Origin: Dehalococcoidales bacterium
Lineage (GTDB): Bacteria; Chloroflexota; Dehalococcoidia; Dehalococcoidales; UBA5627
Assembly: GCA_028707255.1 (NCBI GenBank)
Contig: JAQTUQ010000004.1
Span: forward strand, 4,239 to 68,238
Direction: 5' to 3'
Length of the DNA: 64,000 nt
Shown here piece after piece: positions 1 to 9,240 of the stretch (positions are counted from its first letter, which is position 1; every line of letters starts with the position of its first letter). The position numbers and the translations under genes were made by a program. The notes under the pieces are model-generated. The model was not told where the DNA came from and ran no database searches. It saw only the letters and a list, made by a program, of their open reading frames with translations.

Positions 1-1
1 C

Positions 2-160
2 AGGGTGAAAGAAGCGGACAATCAATCCGATGCGGATTGGCAGGTGTATAAAAGGATGAAAAAGTCAGTTGATAAAATCAGGCGCAAGCATTATTCTGTA
101 GATACAACTGCGGATTATAGAAGTATTCTGGATGAAATAGTCGAAGAAATAAAATCTTAA
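2..160 (+). CDS. 3' end of a gene running off the left edge (function unknown)
   Basis: Frame 2 is open from the window edge to TAA at 158-160 (...KEADNQSDADWQVYKRMKKSVDKIRRKHYSVDTTADYRSILDEIVEEIKS). It is absent from the ORF track because there is no start inside the window. Confidence 0.4.
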   Translation, partial: RVKEADNQSDADWQVYKRMKKSVDKIRRKHYSVDTTADYRSILDEIVEEIKS

Positions 161-190
161 TTAAAGGATAGATATAGAAAGGGGCTTAAA

Positions 191-1690
191 TTGGATATCA
201 AGGTAGTTAGCGGAGAGATTACTAAAGTTGAAAGCGGCGCCGTAGTGGTCGGCATGTTCGAAGGTGAAAAAAGGTTGGGCCGGGAACTGGGCGCTTTAAA
301 CAGGAAGCTGGGCAGGGTGGTTATAACATCCGTCGAAAAGGGTGAAATCAAGGGGAAAGCCGGAGAGGTGAATATTTTCCATTCCCTCGGCAAAATACCT
401 GCCGCTCGCGTGGCGGTAGTGGGGTTGGGCAAGAAAGAAGAATTCAAGCTGGATAAATTACGCGCTGCGGTAGCGGAAAGCTGCCGTGCGTTGAGGCAGA
501 AAAAGGCTGCGGATATAACGATTCTGGCGAAATCGGCTGTCGACGGCAGGAAATTCTCACAGGAGGATTATGCGCAGGCAATAACCGAAGGGGCGATTCT
601 CGGTTTATATACATTCAGGAAGTATTTCACCAAGGAAAACGATTATAAGGAAGTTAAAAAGCTGACGCTTCTCTCGCCGAAAGAAGAGGCCATTAACGTT
701 ATCAAGAAGGGCAGCAACAAGGGCAAGATAATCGCGGAAGCGGTCTGCCTTTCCAGGGACATGATAAACGAACCGGCCAATTATATGACGCCATCCGCTA
801 TGGCGGATGGCGCACGGAAAATTGCCGATGACAATAAGCTGGATATTACCGTTCTCGAACGCGAGGATATGCAGAAACTGGGAATGGGAGCTTTGCTCGG
901 CGTATCCCTGGGAACGGTTCAGCCGCCCAAGATGATTATTCTCAGCTATAAGGGCAGAAAGTCGGGCGGTATCGATCTGGCCCTGGTCGGCAAGGGTATC
1001 ACCTTCGATACCGGAGGCATTTCTTTAAAGACTGCATCGGGTATGGAAGAAATGAAGACCGATATGTCGGGAGGGGCTGCTGTTCTGGCAGCCATCGATG
1101 CCATTGCCCGGTTGAAACTGAAAATCAATGTTACGGCGGTTGTCCCGGCGGTTGAGAACATGCCGGATGGCGGAGCTATCAGGCCGAGCGATATCTTGAA
1201 GTCTTTAACCGGAAAGACCATCGAAATTATCTCCACCGATGCCGAGGGCAGGTTGATTCTCTGTGATGCCCTGGGATATATCAACAAGTCGAAACCGAAA
1301 GCGATCGTCGATGTCGCCACCCTGACGGGCGCGTGCGTCGTCGCCCTGGGAAAACAATGCACCGGTATTTTGGGAAACGACCAGTCGCTGGTGAATAAAG
1401 TTATCGCATCGGGAAGTGAAGCCGGAGAAGCTATCTGGCAGCTGCCTTTGTTCGAGGATTACAGGGAGAATATTAAGAGCGATGTAGCCGATATCAAGAA
1501 TTCCGGTTCGGGCGGCGCCGGAACGATTACCGCTGCGTTGTTCTTATCGGAGTTTGTGGGCGATACCCCCTGGGCGCATATGGATATTGCCGGAACCAAT
1601 TTTACCGATAAGGATAAGAAATACAACGTCAAAGGAGCTACGGGCGTACCGGTGAGGACGCTGGTCAATCTGGCGATAAAAATGTCCTGA
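191..1690 (+). CDS. pepA: Leucyl aminopeptidase, M17 family
   Basis: 499 aa with the M17 signatures VGKGITFDTGGISLK and ISTDAEGRLILCDAL. TTG start is preceded by GAAAGGGG. Confidence 0.9.
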   Translation: MDIKVVSGEITKVESGAVVVGMFEGEKRLGRELGALNRKLGRVVITSVEKGEIKGKAGEVNIFHSLGKIPAARVAVVGLGKKEEFKLDKLRAAVAESCRALRQKKAADITILAKSAVDGRKFSQEDYAQAITEGAILGLYTFRKYFTKENDYKEVKKLTLLSPKEEAINVIKKGSNKGKIIAEAVCLSRDMINEPANYMTPSAMADGARKIADDNKLDITVLEREDMQKLGMGALLGVSLGTVQPPKMIILSYKGRKSGGIDLALVGKGITFDTGGISLKTASGMEEMKTDMSGGAAVLAAIDAIARLKLKINVTAVVPAVENMPDGGAIRPSDILKSLTGKTIEIISTDAEGRLILCDALGYINKSKPKAIVDVATLTGACVVALGKQCTGILGNDQSLVNKVIASGSEAGEAIWQLPLFEDYRENIKSDVADIKNSGSGGAGTITAALFLSEFVGDTPWAHMDIAGTNFTDKDKKYNVKGATGVPVRTLVNLAIKMS

Positions 1691-1741
1691 GGGGGAGAGT
1701 AAACCTCTCCTCTAACCCCTCTCCGCTAGCGGAGAGGGGAA
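1691..1741. repeat. Two GC-rich hairpins just after pepA (GGAGAG..CTCTCC, and a perfect palindrome CCCCTCTCCGCT/AGCGGAGAGGGG at 1716-1739)
   Basis: Read directly from the sequence. Possible terminator, but no T-tract follows. Confidence 0.7.
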
Positions 1742-1860
1742 TTTAAAAGGGGTGAGGTAAAATTGTCGTGCTGGAGTCCAAGCTGGTCGGGATTGGCTAT
1801 ATCTATTGTTGAATAAACTAAATCCGGTATCTATGCAATAAATAAGGCCGCTTTGATTGT

Positions 1861-1899
1861 CGCCGTTATGGTTCGACAGGCTCACCACGAACGGCTTTG
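1861..1899. repeat. Intergenic repeat module A (CCGYTATGGTTCGACAGGCTCACCACGARCGGC)
   Basis: The same about 35-nt module recurs at 37005, 40328 (same orientation) and 20929, 41937 (inverted). An expanded copy lies at 31183. Confidence 0.85.
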
Positions 1900-1966
1900 A
1901 AATTTGTTATTTTATATAACAAAGTATCGATGATAACTGTCATGATTAAACTGAAAAAGGACTATT

Positions 1967-2869
1967 ATGGTAGAAAGTAACGGCAGTATCTATATGTTCT
2001 CGGGAAAAGGCGGTGTCGGTAAGACCACCTGTGCGGCGACGACAGCGTTGCATCACGCTTCGCTCGGAGAAAAAACGCTGGCCCTTTCAACCGATGCTAC
2101 ACCGTCTCTGGCGCATATCTTCGAAATTAAAGGCGGGCAGAAACCTGCGGAAGTAACCGAATCCCTCTTTATAGACGAAATCGGAATTCCCGAAGTGGAA
2201 GAGATGTGGGACAGAAAGTTCGGCAGAGAGGTTTATGAGGTATTCTCCTCGATAGTATCGCTGGATTACGATTCGTTCAAGGAATTCATGTCGTCGATGT
2301 TGCCGGGACTGGCCGATGAGTTTATGGTGGATTATATACGGCAGTTGAAGCTCAGCGGCAAATATGAATCCATTATCTGGGATACCGCTCCGTTGGGGCA
2401 GACGCTGGCGCTGTTGCATACCCCCTCGATGCTGATAGAGCATTTAAAGCTGGCACCGCGAATATACACCAACTTTAAATTCGGACAAAGGCAAAAGAGT
2501 TCCATCATGGAAATCATCAAGAGCTGGCAGAAGCTATCCGGCGATTGCCTCGATTTTCTGCGCCGGGAAGTGCGTTTTACCATTGTAACCATACCGGAAG
2601 CGCTGGCTTTCGAACAGCTGGATGGCGTATTTAAAGAAATGGAGAAAAACGGTTTCAAAATCGGGCAACTGGTGGTGAATAATGTTATCAAATCCGATGA
2701 ATCCGAGTTTTTGAAGTCCAAAGCCTCTCAGCAAAAAAGATATCTCGATATGATATACGAAAGGTTCTCGAAAGCCGATATAATCGAGCTTGCCATGCGT
2801 CCCTATGAAATCAAGGGGGTCGAAAGGCTGAAAGAAATCGAGAAAAGTCTTTTTCAGCAGGCTGATTAA
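1967..2869 (+). CDS. ArsA/GET3-like (SIMIBI) ATPase, single-domain
   Basis: P-loop GKGGVGKTT, plus STDATPSL and DTAPLGQTLALL motifs typical of ArsA-family ATPases. RBS AAAAGGA lies upstream of the ATG. Confidence 0.8.
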   Translation: MVESNGSIYMFSGKGGVGKTTCAATTALHHASLGEKTLALSTDATPSLAHIFEIKGGQKPAEVTESLFIDEIGIPEVEEMWDRKFGREVYEVFSSIVSLDYDSFKEFMSSMLPGLADEFMVDYIRQLKLSGKYESIIWDTAPLGQTLALLHTPSMLIEHLKLAPRIYTNFKFGQRQKSSIMEIIKSWQKLSGDCLDFLRREVRFTIVTIPEALAFEQLDGVFKEMEKNGFKIGQLVVNNVIKSDESEFLKSKASQQKRYLDMIYERFSKADIIELAMRPYEIKGVERLKEIEKSLFQQAD

Positions 2870-2974
2870 TCAAAAAGAAAAATAATATAACATAAAACGT
2901 TGTTTTTAAGCGCAAAATCCTTTATCATATTGTTGTCGTGCACACGGAAAGGCTGATACTGAAGTAGAAAAGTT

Positions 2975-3646
2975 ATGAAATCCAAGTCTGAATTAGTTGC
3001 AACGTCGGTGTTCTTTGCCGGGTTGAAGTCCGCTGAGCTTGAGCCTATTATCAAGCTTGTTTTTGAAAAAAGATTCGAGCGCGAAGAGATTCTTTTCTTC
3101 GAAGGAGAAGCTACCGAATCCCTTTTATTCCTGGCATCAGGTGTGGTAAAGATTTTCAAGACATCACCGGATGGTAAAGAACAAATATTATCCATTGCTC
3201 ACCCTGAGGAAACACTTAATGAAGTCCCCTTATTTAACGGCGGCTTAAACACTACCAGCGCGCAGGCTATGATGCAGGTCGTTGTGTATATGATTAACAA
3301 GAGGGATATCGAAATGATAATGAGACAATATCCGCTGGTTGCTTCCAATGTAATTCATATACTGGCAAAGAGAACACGTCAACTGGTATCGCTGGTCGAA
3401 GAGCTTTCTTTCAAGAGGGTAAACGGGCGGTTGGCCGGTATCCTGCTGGAAAACGCTGTGCGTGATGGAGAATCCGGCGCCAAATTGACCCAGCGCGACA
3501 TGGCGGCTATGGCGGGAACTGCCCGTGAGGTTATCAGCCGTTCGCTTAAAGCAATGGAGGACGACGGTATTATCGGGTTCGATAAACACAGGCTGATTAT
3601 CAGGGACAGGGAAGCATTGAAAAAAATGTCGCAGACGTTTTCATGA
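2975..3646 (+). CDS. Crp/Fnr family transcriptional regulator
   Basis: 223 aa. N-terminal cNMP-binding-like region (FFEGEATESLLFLASGVVKIF) and C-terminal HTH (TQRDMAAMAGTAREVISRSLKAMEDDGII). Confidence 0.8.
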   Translation: MKSKSELVATSVFFAGLKSAELEPIIKLVFEKRFEREEILFFEGEATESLLFLASGVVKIFKTSPDGKEQILSIAHPEETLNEVPLFNGGLNTTSAQAMMQVVVYMINKRDIEMIMRQYPLVASNVIHILAKRTRQLVSLVEELSFKRVNGRLAGILLENAVRDGESGAKLTQRDMAAMAGTAREVISRSLKAMEDDGIIGFDKHRLIIRDREALKKMSQTFS

Positions 3647-3713
3647 GATAAATGTCACATACATCCGGCAAAAATAAATATATAATGTTGTTAATAACAG
3701 AGGATAAGGGTTT

Positions 3714-3917
3714 ATGTATATAATGAAACCTGAAATAGATAAAGAGAAATGCGACGGGTGCGGGTTGTGTGTGGGTGTATGCCTTGAAAACGGCATCATG
3801 ATAGTCGACAAGACTGTCGTTGCTATTGCCGAAGTGGAATGCGACTGGTGCGGAATTTGCGAGGCTGTTTGCCCCAACGACGCCATACGCTGTCCTTTTC
3901 AAATCATTTTTGCATGA
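3714..3917 (+). CDS. Small 2x[4Fe-4S] ferredoxin
   Basis: 67 aa with two cluster motifs, CDGCGLCVGVC and CDWCGICEAVCP. RBS GAGGATAAGGG. Confidence 0.85.
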   Translation: MYIMKPEIDKEKCDGCGLCVGVCLENGIMIVDKTVVAIAEVECDWCGICEAVCPNDAIRCPFQIIFA

Positions 3918-4140
3918 TATTAATTCCCCTGGTTTTCACTTCCTGTTTTTGTTCTCCTGCATTAGGTCCGGTTATCCTCATTTCCTTTATTTAAAAATTG
4001 CTCGAAAGTAACGCTATTATGAGACTAAGGTTACATACACGTATTTGATACGGTATTAAACTAAAGTTGATTAATAAAAAAGATTGATGCCGCAAAACTT
4101 TATTAATATCCGGGCATCGATTTTAAGGGGGTGATTAAAG

Positions 4141-4374
4141 ATGGTTATGTGGAAAGCAAAAAAATGCCCCAAATGCGGCGGTGATATGTATGTAGATGTC
4201 GACGAAGATATATGGTTCGACCATTGTTTGCAATGCGGGTATATGAGAACACTGACACAGGTATTGTGCAATAAATGCGGCGAGTTAGTCACGGTCAATA
4301 CGGAAGAAAATAACAAGAGCTATAATTGTGAACACTGCGGGAATAATGCGGAGCTGTGCCGGTCGGCTCGTTAA
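4141..4374 (+). CDS. Double zinc-ribbon small protein (unknown function)
   Basis: 77 aa with four CxxC pairs (CPKCGG, CLQCG, CNKCG, CEHCG). Strong RBS AAGGGGG. Confidence 0.6.
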   Translation: MVMWKAKKCPKCGGDMYVDVDEDIWFDHCLQCGYMRTLTQVLCNKCGELVTVNTEENNKSYNCEHCGNNAELCRSAR

Positions 4375-4393
4375 AATAAACAGGCAATATCTG

Positions 4394-4723
4394 TCAGAAT
4401 GTTGTACCGGATAATAACTTCTCCAATACCGAAACCTTGCTTAAGCCCTCTATTGATATCAATTTGTTCTTGGATGTAGTACCTTTAATGATTTCCAACC
4501 TGCCTTTAGTTATACCGAGAAGATGGCTTAAGTATTCTATAAGTTCCTTATTAGCCTTCCCTTTAACAGGAGGTGCGGCGATTTTGATGCGTAGCACATC
4601 GTTCTGCACACCTGTTATTTCATTTTTTGCTGCCCCGGGATAAATCAGCACGGCTATTTTTGCTTGTGTTTCCTCGGCGCTCTGCATATCCAGAGGCATC
4701 TGGCGCGTCGGTTTTTTTGCCAA
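4394..4723 (-). CDS. DUF167 / YggU family protein
   Basis: KIAAPPVKGKANKELIEYLSHLLGI...LEIIKGTTSKNKLISIEG matches the YggU/UPF0235 pattern. Confidence 0.75.
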   Translation of the reverse strand: MAKKPTRQMPLDMQSAEETQAKIAVLIYPGAAKNEITGVQNDVLRIKIAAPPVKGKANKELIEYLSHLLGITKGRLEIIKGTTSKNKLISIEGLSKVSVLEKLLSGTTF

Positions 4724-4726
4724 TCT

Positions 4727-4942
4727 TTAAAGCTCCCTGTTCAATACACCGTATGCATTTCCGGTAATTACCAGGATAAGAGATGTAAAAAACCAGAATA
4801 TCGTGGTAACAATCATATCACTGAATTCCCAGATTGCGTCGATAAAAGCGGGTGCGATACCGACGACGGTAAAGACTGCCATTACCAGGCACAGAACCCC
4901 GATTGTTGTAAAAGTTGCCGATAATATTTTCATATTCACCAC
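4727..4942 (-). CDS. Small membrane protein (two hydrophobic segments)
   Basis: 71 aa, strongly hydrophobic (ILSATFTTIGVLCLVMAVFTVVGI, IVTTIFWFFTSLILVITG). Its stop lies 3 nt upstream of the yggU-like start. Confidence 0.45.
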   Translation of the reverse strand: MVNMKILSATFTTIGVLCLVMAVFTVVGIAPAFIDAIWEFSDMIVTTIFWFFTSLILVITGNAYGVLNREL

Positions 4943-5043
4943 CTTGTATATTTACAATTCATAAGAATTAGGATATTCTTGTTTTGTATGTGTTCGGATA
5001 ATATCACCAGTGCCTGAATAAGTCAATAACTTCGAGGAGAAAA

Positions 5044-5523
5044 ATGCAAAAACTGGCTCAGGAAATCGGGGAGATGTTACGTGCCAGGAAGCTTACTCTC
5101 GGATGCGTAGAGTCGGCTACCGGCGGTCTGCTTTCGAGCTTTATTACGGATATACCCGGCAGTTCCGATTATTATAAAGGCTCTATTACGTCTTACAGCA
5201 ACCAGTCAAAGGTCAATCTTGCCGGAGTCAGCAAAGAGACGCTGGAAAAATACGGAGCTGTCAGTCCCCGGGTAGCGGAGGAAATGGCGTTCGGCGGTCG
5301 GAAGGCGCTGGATGTCGATATCTGCCTGTCCGATACCGGGATTGCCGGTCCGGGCGGTGCTACGGATAAAAAAGCGGTCGGTCTTTTTTACCTGGGGCTT
5401 TCACACAAGAACGGAACATATAACCGCAGGCTGAATCTCACCGGCGACAGACAGCAGAACAGGGAAGCGGCAACTAAAGAAGCTCTTTTATGGCTAAAGG
5501 AATACCTCTCCAGTTTGGGGTAA
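5044..5523 (+). CDS. CinA C-terminal domain protein (nicotinamide-nucleotide amidohydrolase PncC-like)
   Basis: LGCVESATGGLLSSFITDIPGSSDYYKGSITSYSN and TGIAGPGG motifs of the CinA/PncC domain. RBS GAGGAG. Confidence 0.8.
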   Translation: MQKLAQEIGEMLRARKLTLGCVESATGGLLSSFITDIPGSSDYYKGSITSYSNQSKVNLAGVSKETLEKYGAVSPRVAEEMAFGGRKALDVDICLSDTGIAGPGGATDKKAVGLFYLGLSHKNGTYNRRLNLTGDRQQNREAATKEALLWLKEYLSSLG

Positions 5524-5555
5524 GAACCGCCAGAAATTCTCGGGGACAATATACA

Positions 5556-6797
5556 TTACATAATCAACTCGAGGTATATCCAGTAAACCAGCACGTTAAG
5601 AATCGTCAGTGGTATGCCGATTTTGATAAACTCCCAGAATGTTATGCTGATGTTATCTTTCTTTTCGGCATTCTGTATTATAATCACGTTACTGGCAGCT
5701 CCCAGTATAGTCAGGTTTCCGGCGATGGTACTGCCCGCCGCCAGCGCCATCAACCCGTGAGTGGTTACTCCCAGGTGTGTCAGCATAGGCAGGTAGAGTG
5801 CCACCAGCGGCACATTGGAAAGTATCTGGCTTGACAAGACACTGCCGGCAAAAATTACTCCGGTCGATGCGATATCGATATGCGCATCTTCTATGGCGGA
5901 TTGAATAATCTCCGAGTTCCACACGCTTTGCATCAGCACAAACATTGATGCGAAGAATACCAGGGTCGTCCAGTCTATCCTTTTTATAATCCCCGGCTTC
6001 TTCGGCAGATAGCAGAATACGGGCAGAGCGGCAATCAGTGCGATATAGGTCAATTTAAAATCTACATCCCACCCTGCAAGTACGATTACAATCTTTGCCA
6101 GTATCAGCAGAACGAGCAGTATCAGCGAGATTCTGGCTATATTAAACAATCGGTGGTCTTTAACCGGTTCGGGTGTGTGAGTGAAACTGCTGCCGTCGAA
6201 ATGTTTGCTGTAGAACAGTTTCAGCATCAGGTAAGCCATAAACAGGTTGATTAGCGTCGGCACAGCCAGGTATTTGAGGAAGGTTACAAACGGATTTGTA
6301 ATATCTCCGTTTAAGGCAATCAATAAATTTTGTGGATTGCCGATGGGGCTCATAACGCTGCCGATAGTTACGGCGAAAGCCAGCGCCAGCAGCAGGATTT
6401 TAGGTTTGGTATTGGATGTCTTTGCCAGAGATAATACTATACCGGTGCCGATTATTGCCAGCGTATCGTTCATCAGTATCGCCGAAAGTATGCCAGTACC
6501 GAACAGAATAAGGAGAACCAGGTTGTCGAGGTTTTTAGCGCGGTTGAAGAGTTTAAAGGAAAGGCTCGAGAGGTAGCCGCTTTCCTCCATTGCCTGTCCG
6601 ATAATAAAAACGCCGAACAGGAAGAGCATGACATCGATATTGATGGATTTCAGCGCGTCCAGTGGCGAAATCTGGAAACTCAGCAGTACGGCAATAGCGC
6701 CGCCAAGCATGATTTGCCATATTTGCAGTCTTATATTACCGACCTGGCGGACGGCTATCAGTAAAAAGACGATTAACAGGATTATTATCGAAAGCAT
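5556..6797 (-). CDS. Ion-transporter superfamily permease (ArsB/NhaD/CitMHS-like), substrate unknown
   Basis: 413 aa, about 10-12 hydrophobic segments. Overall resemblance to ArsB/NhaD-type permeases. Confidence 0.65.
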   Translation of the reverse strand: MLSIIILLIVFLLIAVRQVGNIRLQIWQIMLGGAIAVLLSFQISPLDALKSINIDVMLFLFGVFIIGQAMEESGYLSSLSFKLFNRAKNLDNLVLLILFGTGILSAILMNDTLAIIGTGIVLSLAKTSNTKPKILLLALAFAVTIGSVMSPIGNPQNLLIALNGDITNPFVTFLKYLAVPTLINLFMAYLMLKLFYSKHFDGSSFTHTPEPVKDHRLFNIARISLILLVLLILAKIVIVLAGWDVDFKLTYIALIAALPVFCYLPKKPGIIKRIDWTTLVFFASMFVLMQSVWNSEIIQSAIEDAHIDIASTGVIFAGSVLSSQILSNVPLVALYLPMLTHLGVTTHGLMALAAGSTIAGNLTILGAASNVIIIQNAEKKDNISITFWEFIKIGIPLTILNVLVYWIYLELIM

Positions 6798-6926
6798 ATA
6801 GTGTGATGAATTATGCCAGATTTAAATCTAATTATACTCCATTTCTTTAAATAATCTAGCCGTAATATATGACAGGGTATTGACAAACGGACTGTTTCGA
6901 AATAGGATTTATTGAGAGGTGAGCGT

Positions 6927-7163
6927 ATGTTAACGGAAGTGTTCGAAAAAGTATGGCAACGCTCGGGTGGAAAATGCGAATGTGCCAGACCATCTCACAA
7001 TCATTCTTATATCAAGTGCAATAAAAAGCTGGTGCGGGAAATGCAGGATAAACCGGCTTTGGGAGGCTGGAAACTTTATCAGCATTTTGCTTACGGTGGA
7101 AACGATGTAAGCGCATACGCAGTCTATTGTTGGGAATGTTACCGGAAAATAGCAGAGGAATAA
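6927..7163 (+). CDS. Small Cys/His-rich protein, degenerate HNH-like pattern
   Basis: VWQRSGGKCECARPSHNH...CNKKL...GGND...CWECYRK. I prefer the ATG at 6927 (RBS GAGGTGA 5 nt upstream) over the TTG at 6912 in the ORF track. Confidence 0.4.
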   Translation: MLTEVFEKVWQRSGGKCECARPSHNHSYIKCNKKLVREMQDKPALGGWKLYQHFAYGGNDVSAYAVYCWECYRKIAEE

Positions 7164-7199
7164 AGGCGGAGATATTCTATCGGCAACCTTGCGGTCAAA

Positions 7200-7545
7200 C
7201 TATCTTTTCTTATCCGTCTTATTTGATGCATTCTTTTTGGGTTTCGGCGGCGGCAATTCATTATAAGTGGCAGAAATCAGGGCGCTTAAATAATCCCTGT
7301 CTTCAAGGTCTTCGATAAGAAAAAACGGCTTTGAGCCGGGGTAAGCCGGAGCTTCAATGATTTCACGGAGCTTTGAGCGTCCTGCCTCCGTAATCTTTAA
7401 AAAAAAACTGGTCATTGCAGATTAAACCGGCAATCTTTCCGTTGACATAGATTCCATATTCGCCGAACATCTTTTTATACGTAATGTCGCCTGCTCCGCT
7501 TATCTGCGAACAAACGTATTCTACAAAACCGATATCCGAAGCCAA
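7200..7545 (-). pseudogene. TfoX N-terminal domain protein interrupted by a +1 frameshift in a T9 homopolymer
   Basis: ORFs 7363..7545 (MASDIGFVEYVCSQISGAGDITYKKMFGEYGIYVNGKIAGLICNDQFFF) and 7200..7415 (..FFLKITEAGRSKLREIIEAPAYPGSKPFFLIEDLEDRDYL) are the two halves of one TfoX_N domain. The frames switch inside A9 (plus strand 7399..7407). Confidence 0.65.
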
Positions 7546-7559
7546 TATTTTCCTCTCTT

Positions 7560-8237
7560 TTATTTGATACTGCGGTCGAGTAGAAAACGGTTCAAAAGAA
7601 CTCTTCCCATTTTGCGTTTGGCTTTAATATCCTCTGTTAAACCCTGCGTGAGACGTCTAATCATAATGATTATGAACAGAATGATAAATCCGATTACAAT
7701 CTCAATCGGTTCACCCAGAAGCCAGGCGGCAAACGGCAGTATAAAAAAGGCAATTGCTACTCCTATGGGCAGTATATCGGAAGTTCCTGCTCCTTTGGTA
7801 AAACGGGTACGGGTAGTTTGTCCTTTTAATCTGAGCAGTTTTACCAATTTTGATATCAATCCAACTAAAGCGGGAATAAGGGCTATAAAAGTCGCCAGGT
7901 ATGCCAGTGTTACCGCCATCCCCAGCCCGACGGTGTTTCCTTTTTCGCCGTCGAATTTGGAAAAGACCGGCCACATCTGTCCTGCCACGGCAGCCAGTCC
8001 GCAGGCAACGGTTGCCCATAAATCCAGTCCGATGGCGTAGCAAATCAGGATAGCTGCAATACCCTTAAAAACGTCTATCATTACTCCGGTTATGCCCCAG
8101 AAAGGCCCGGCTCCCTGCCAGAGGTTCATATGCAGGTCGCCTTTGGTGCTTAGTCCATGTAGTTTACACATAAGATAGAGGTGAGGAAATGCGCCAAGGA
8201 AGTAGAAAACGATTATCAGGGCTATATCGGTCAGCAT
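7560..8237 (-). CDS. PlsY-like membrane protein (divergent; catalytic motifs degenerate)
   Basis: Layout matches PlsY: YFLGAFP at the N-terminus, DVFKG (motif 2), GQMWPVFSKFDGEKGNTVGLG (motif 3-like). The GSGNxGATN motif is not recognisable. Confidence 0.5.
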   Translation of the reverse strand: MLTDIALIIVFYFLGAFPHLYLMCKLHGLSTKGDLHMNLWQGAGPFWGITGVMIDVFKGIAAILICYAIGLDLWATVACGLAAVAGQMWPVFSKFDGEKGNTVGLGMAVTLAYLATFIALIPALVGLISKLVKLLRLKGQTTRTRFTKGAGTSDILPIGVAIAFFILPFAAWLLGEPIEIVIGFIILFIIIMIRRLTQGLTEDIKAKRKMGRVLLNRFLLDRSIK

Positions 8238-8358
8238 AGTTTATACCGTCCTTTTTGTCGTCGTATATTGATGAATTCTACAGTATTTAAGCTGTCGATA
8301 GCAATAAGTTATAGCGACTTGAAGAGCTAAGATGTGAACATTTAGAGGAAGTCCTTTT

Positions 8359-8403
8359 AGTCCCGACCTGTCGGGATGGCAGTCCCGATGAATCTGGAAT
8401 GAC
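8359..8403. repeat. Half-element of the GTCATTCTGG/CCAGAATGAC family
   Basis: TCCCGACCTGTCGGGA hairpin followed by GTCCCGATGAATCTGGAATGAC. Confidence 0.6.
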
Positions 8404-8432
8404 GGATGAGGGTAATGACCTTTACTTGTCGA

Positions 8433-8461
8433 TTGCTGCAATACCATATCAATGTTATACT
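8433..8461 (+). promoter_or_regulatory. Sigma-70-like promoter candidate for rph
   Basis: TTGCTG (8433-8438), 17 nt spacer, TATACT (8456-8461), about 45 nt upstream of the rph ATG. Confidence 0.4.
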
Positions 8462-8505
8462 TTGAAAGATTGAAATAATATATAACAGAGAGGAAAAAGT
8501 AATTA

Positions 8506-9240
8506 ATGATAAAAAGGATTGACGGTCGCGGATACGACGAATTGAGACCGGTCAGAATGACGCTGGGATACCAGAGCTTTGCCGAAGGCTCGGTACTTAT
8601 AGAGATGGGCAAAACCAAGGTTATATGTGCTGTAAGTGTCGAGGAAAGGGTTCCTCCTTTTTTAAAAGGCAGCGGCACCGGCTGGATAACTGCCGAGTAT
8701 GCCATGTTGCCGCGTGCAACCAATACACGGACGCAACGAGAATCATCGGCAGGCAAGGTTTCTGGCAGAAGCCAGGAAATCCAGAGACTTATCGGGCGTT
8801 CTCTACGCGGTATTGCCGAGCTTTCGGAACTTGGGGAGAGGTGTCTCCTTGTGGACTGCGATGTGCTGCAGGCGGATGGCGGTACGCGTACCGCCGCGAT
8901 TACCGGCTCTTACGTTGCGCTGTATCAGGCGGTGAATACGCTGGCAAATATGGGCATTATCTCATCGATTCCGCTAAAGTGTGGTGTTGCCGCTATCAGC
9001 GTGGGTGTTGTCAATAATAATATTTTGCTTGACCTGTGCTACGACGAAGACAGCAAGGCGCAGGCTGATTTCAATGTGGTTATGACCAGCAAGGGTGAAT
9101 TCGTTGAGGTTCAAGGCACGGCTGAAGGCAAGCCTTATTCAAAATCCACTTTCGATTCGGTACTGTCCCTGGCGGATAAGGGTATAAAACAGCTTTTCGA
9201 AATACAGCAGGAGACCATCGACAAGATTAGGAAGCTGTAA
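8506..9240 (+). CDS. rph: Ribonuclease PH
   Basis: KRIDGRGYDELRPVRMT..., AEYAMLPRAT, LVDCDVLQADGGTRTAAITG are typical RNase PH motifs. Confidence 0.92.
   Translation: MIKRIDGRGYDELRPVRMTLGYQSFAEGSVLIEMGKTKVICAVSVEERVPPFLKGSGTGWITAEYAMLPRATNTRTQRESSAGKVSGRSQEIQRLIGRSLRGIAELSELGERCLLVDCDVLQADGGTRTAAITGSYVALYQAVNTLANMGIISSIPLKCGVAAISVGVVNNNILLDLCYDEDSKAQADFNVVMTSKGEFVEVQGTAEGKPYSKSTFDSVLSLADKGIKQLFEIQQETIDKIRKL

Noticed and set aside
1861-1899. tRNA-like GGTTCGA motif inside module A
   Set aside because: No complementary T-stem, acceptor stem or anticodon arm can be drawn. The motif recurs as part of the dispersed repeat, so no tRNA gene is called anywhere in the window.
8241-8756. 171-aa minus-strand ORF overlapping the rph start and upstream spacer
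   Set aside because: It overlaps the confident rph CDS in antisense, and spans a repeat half-element and the rph promoter region.
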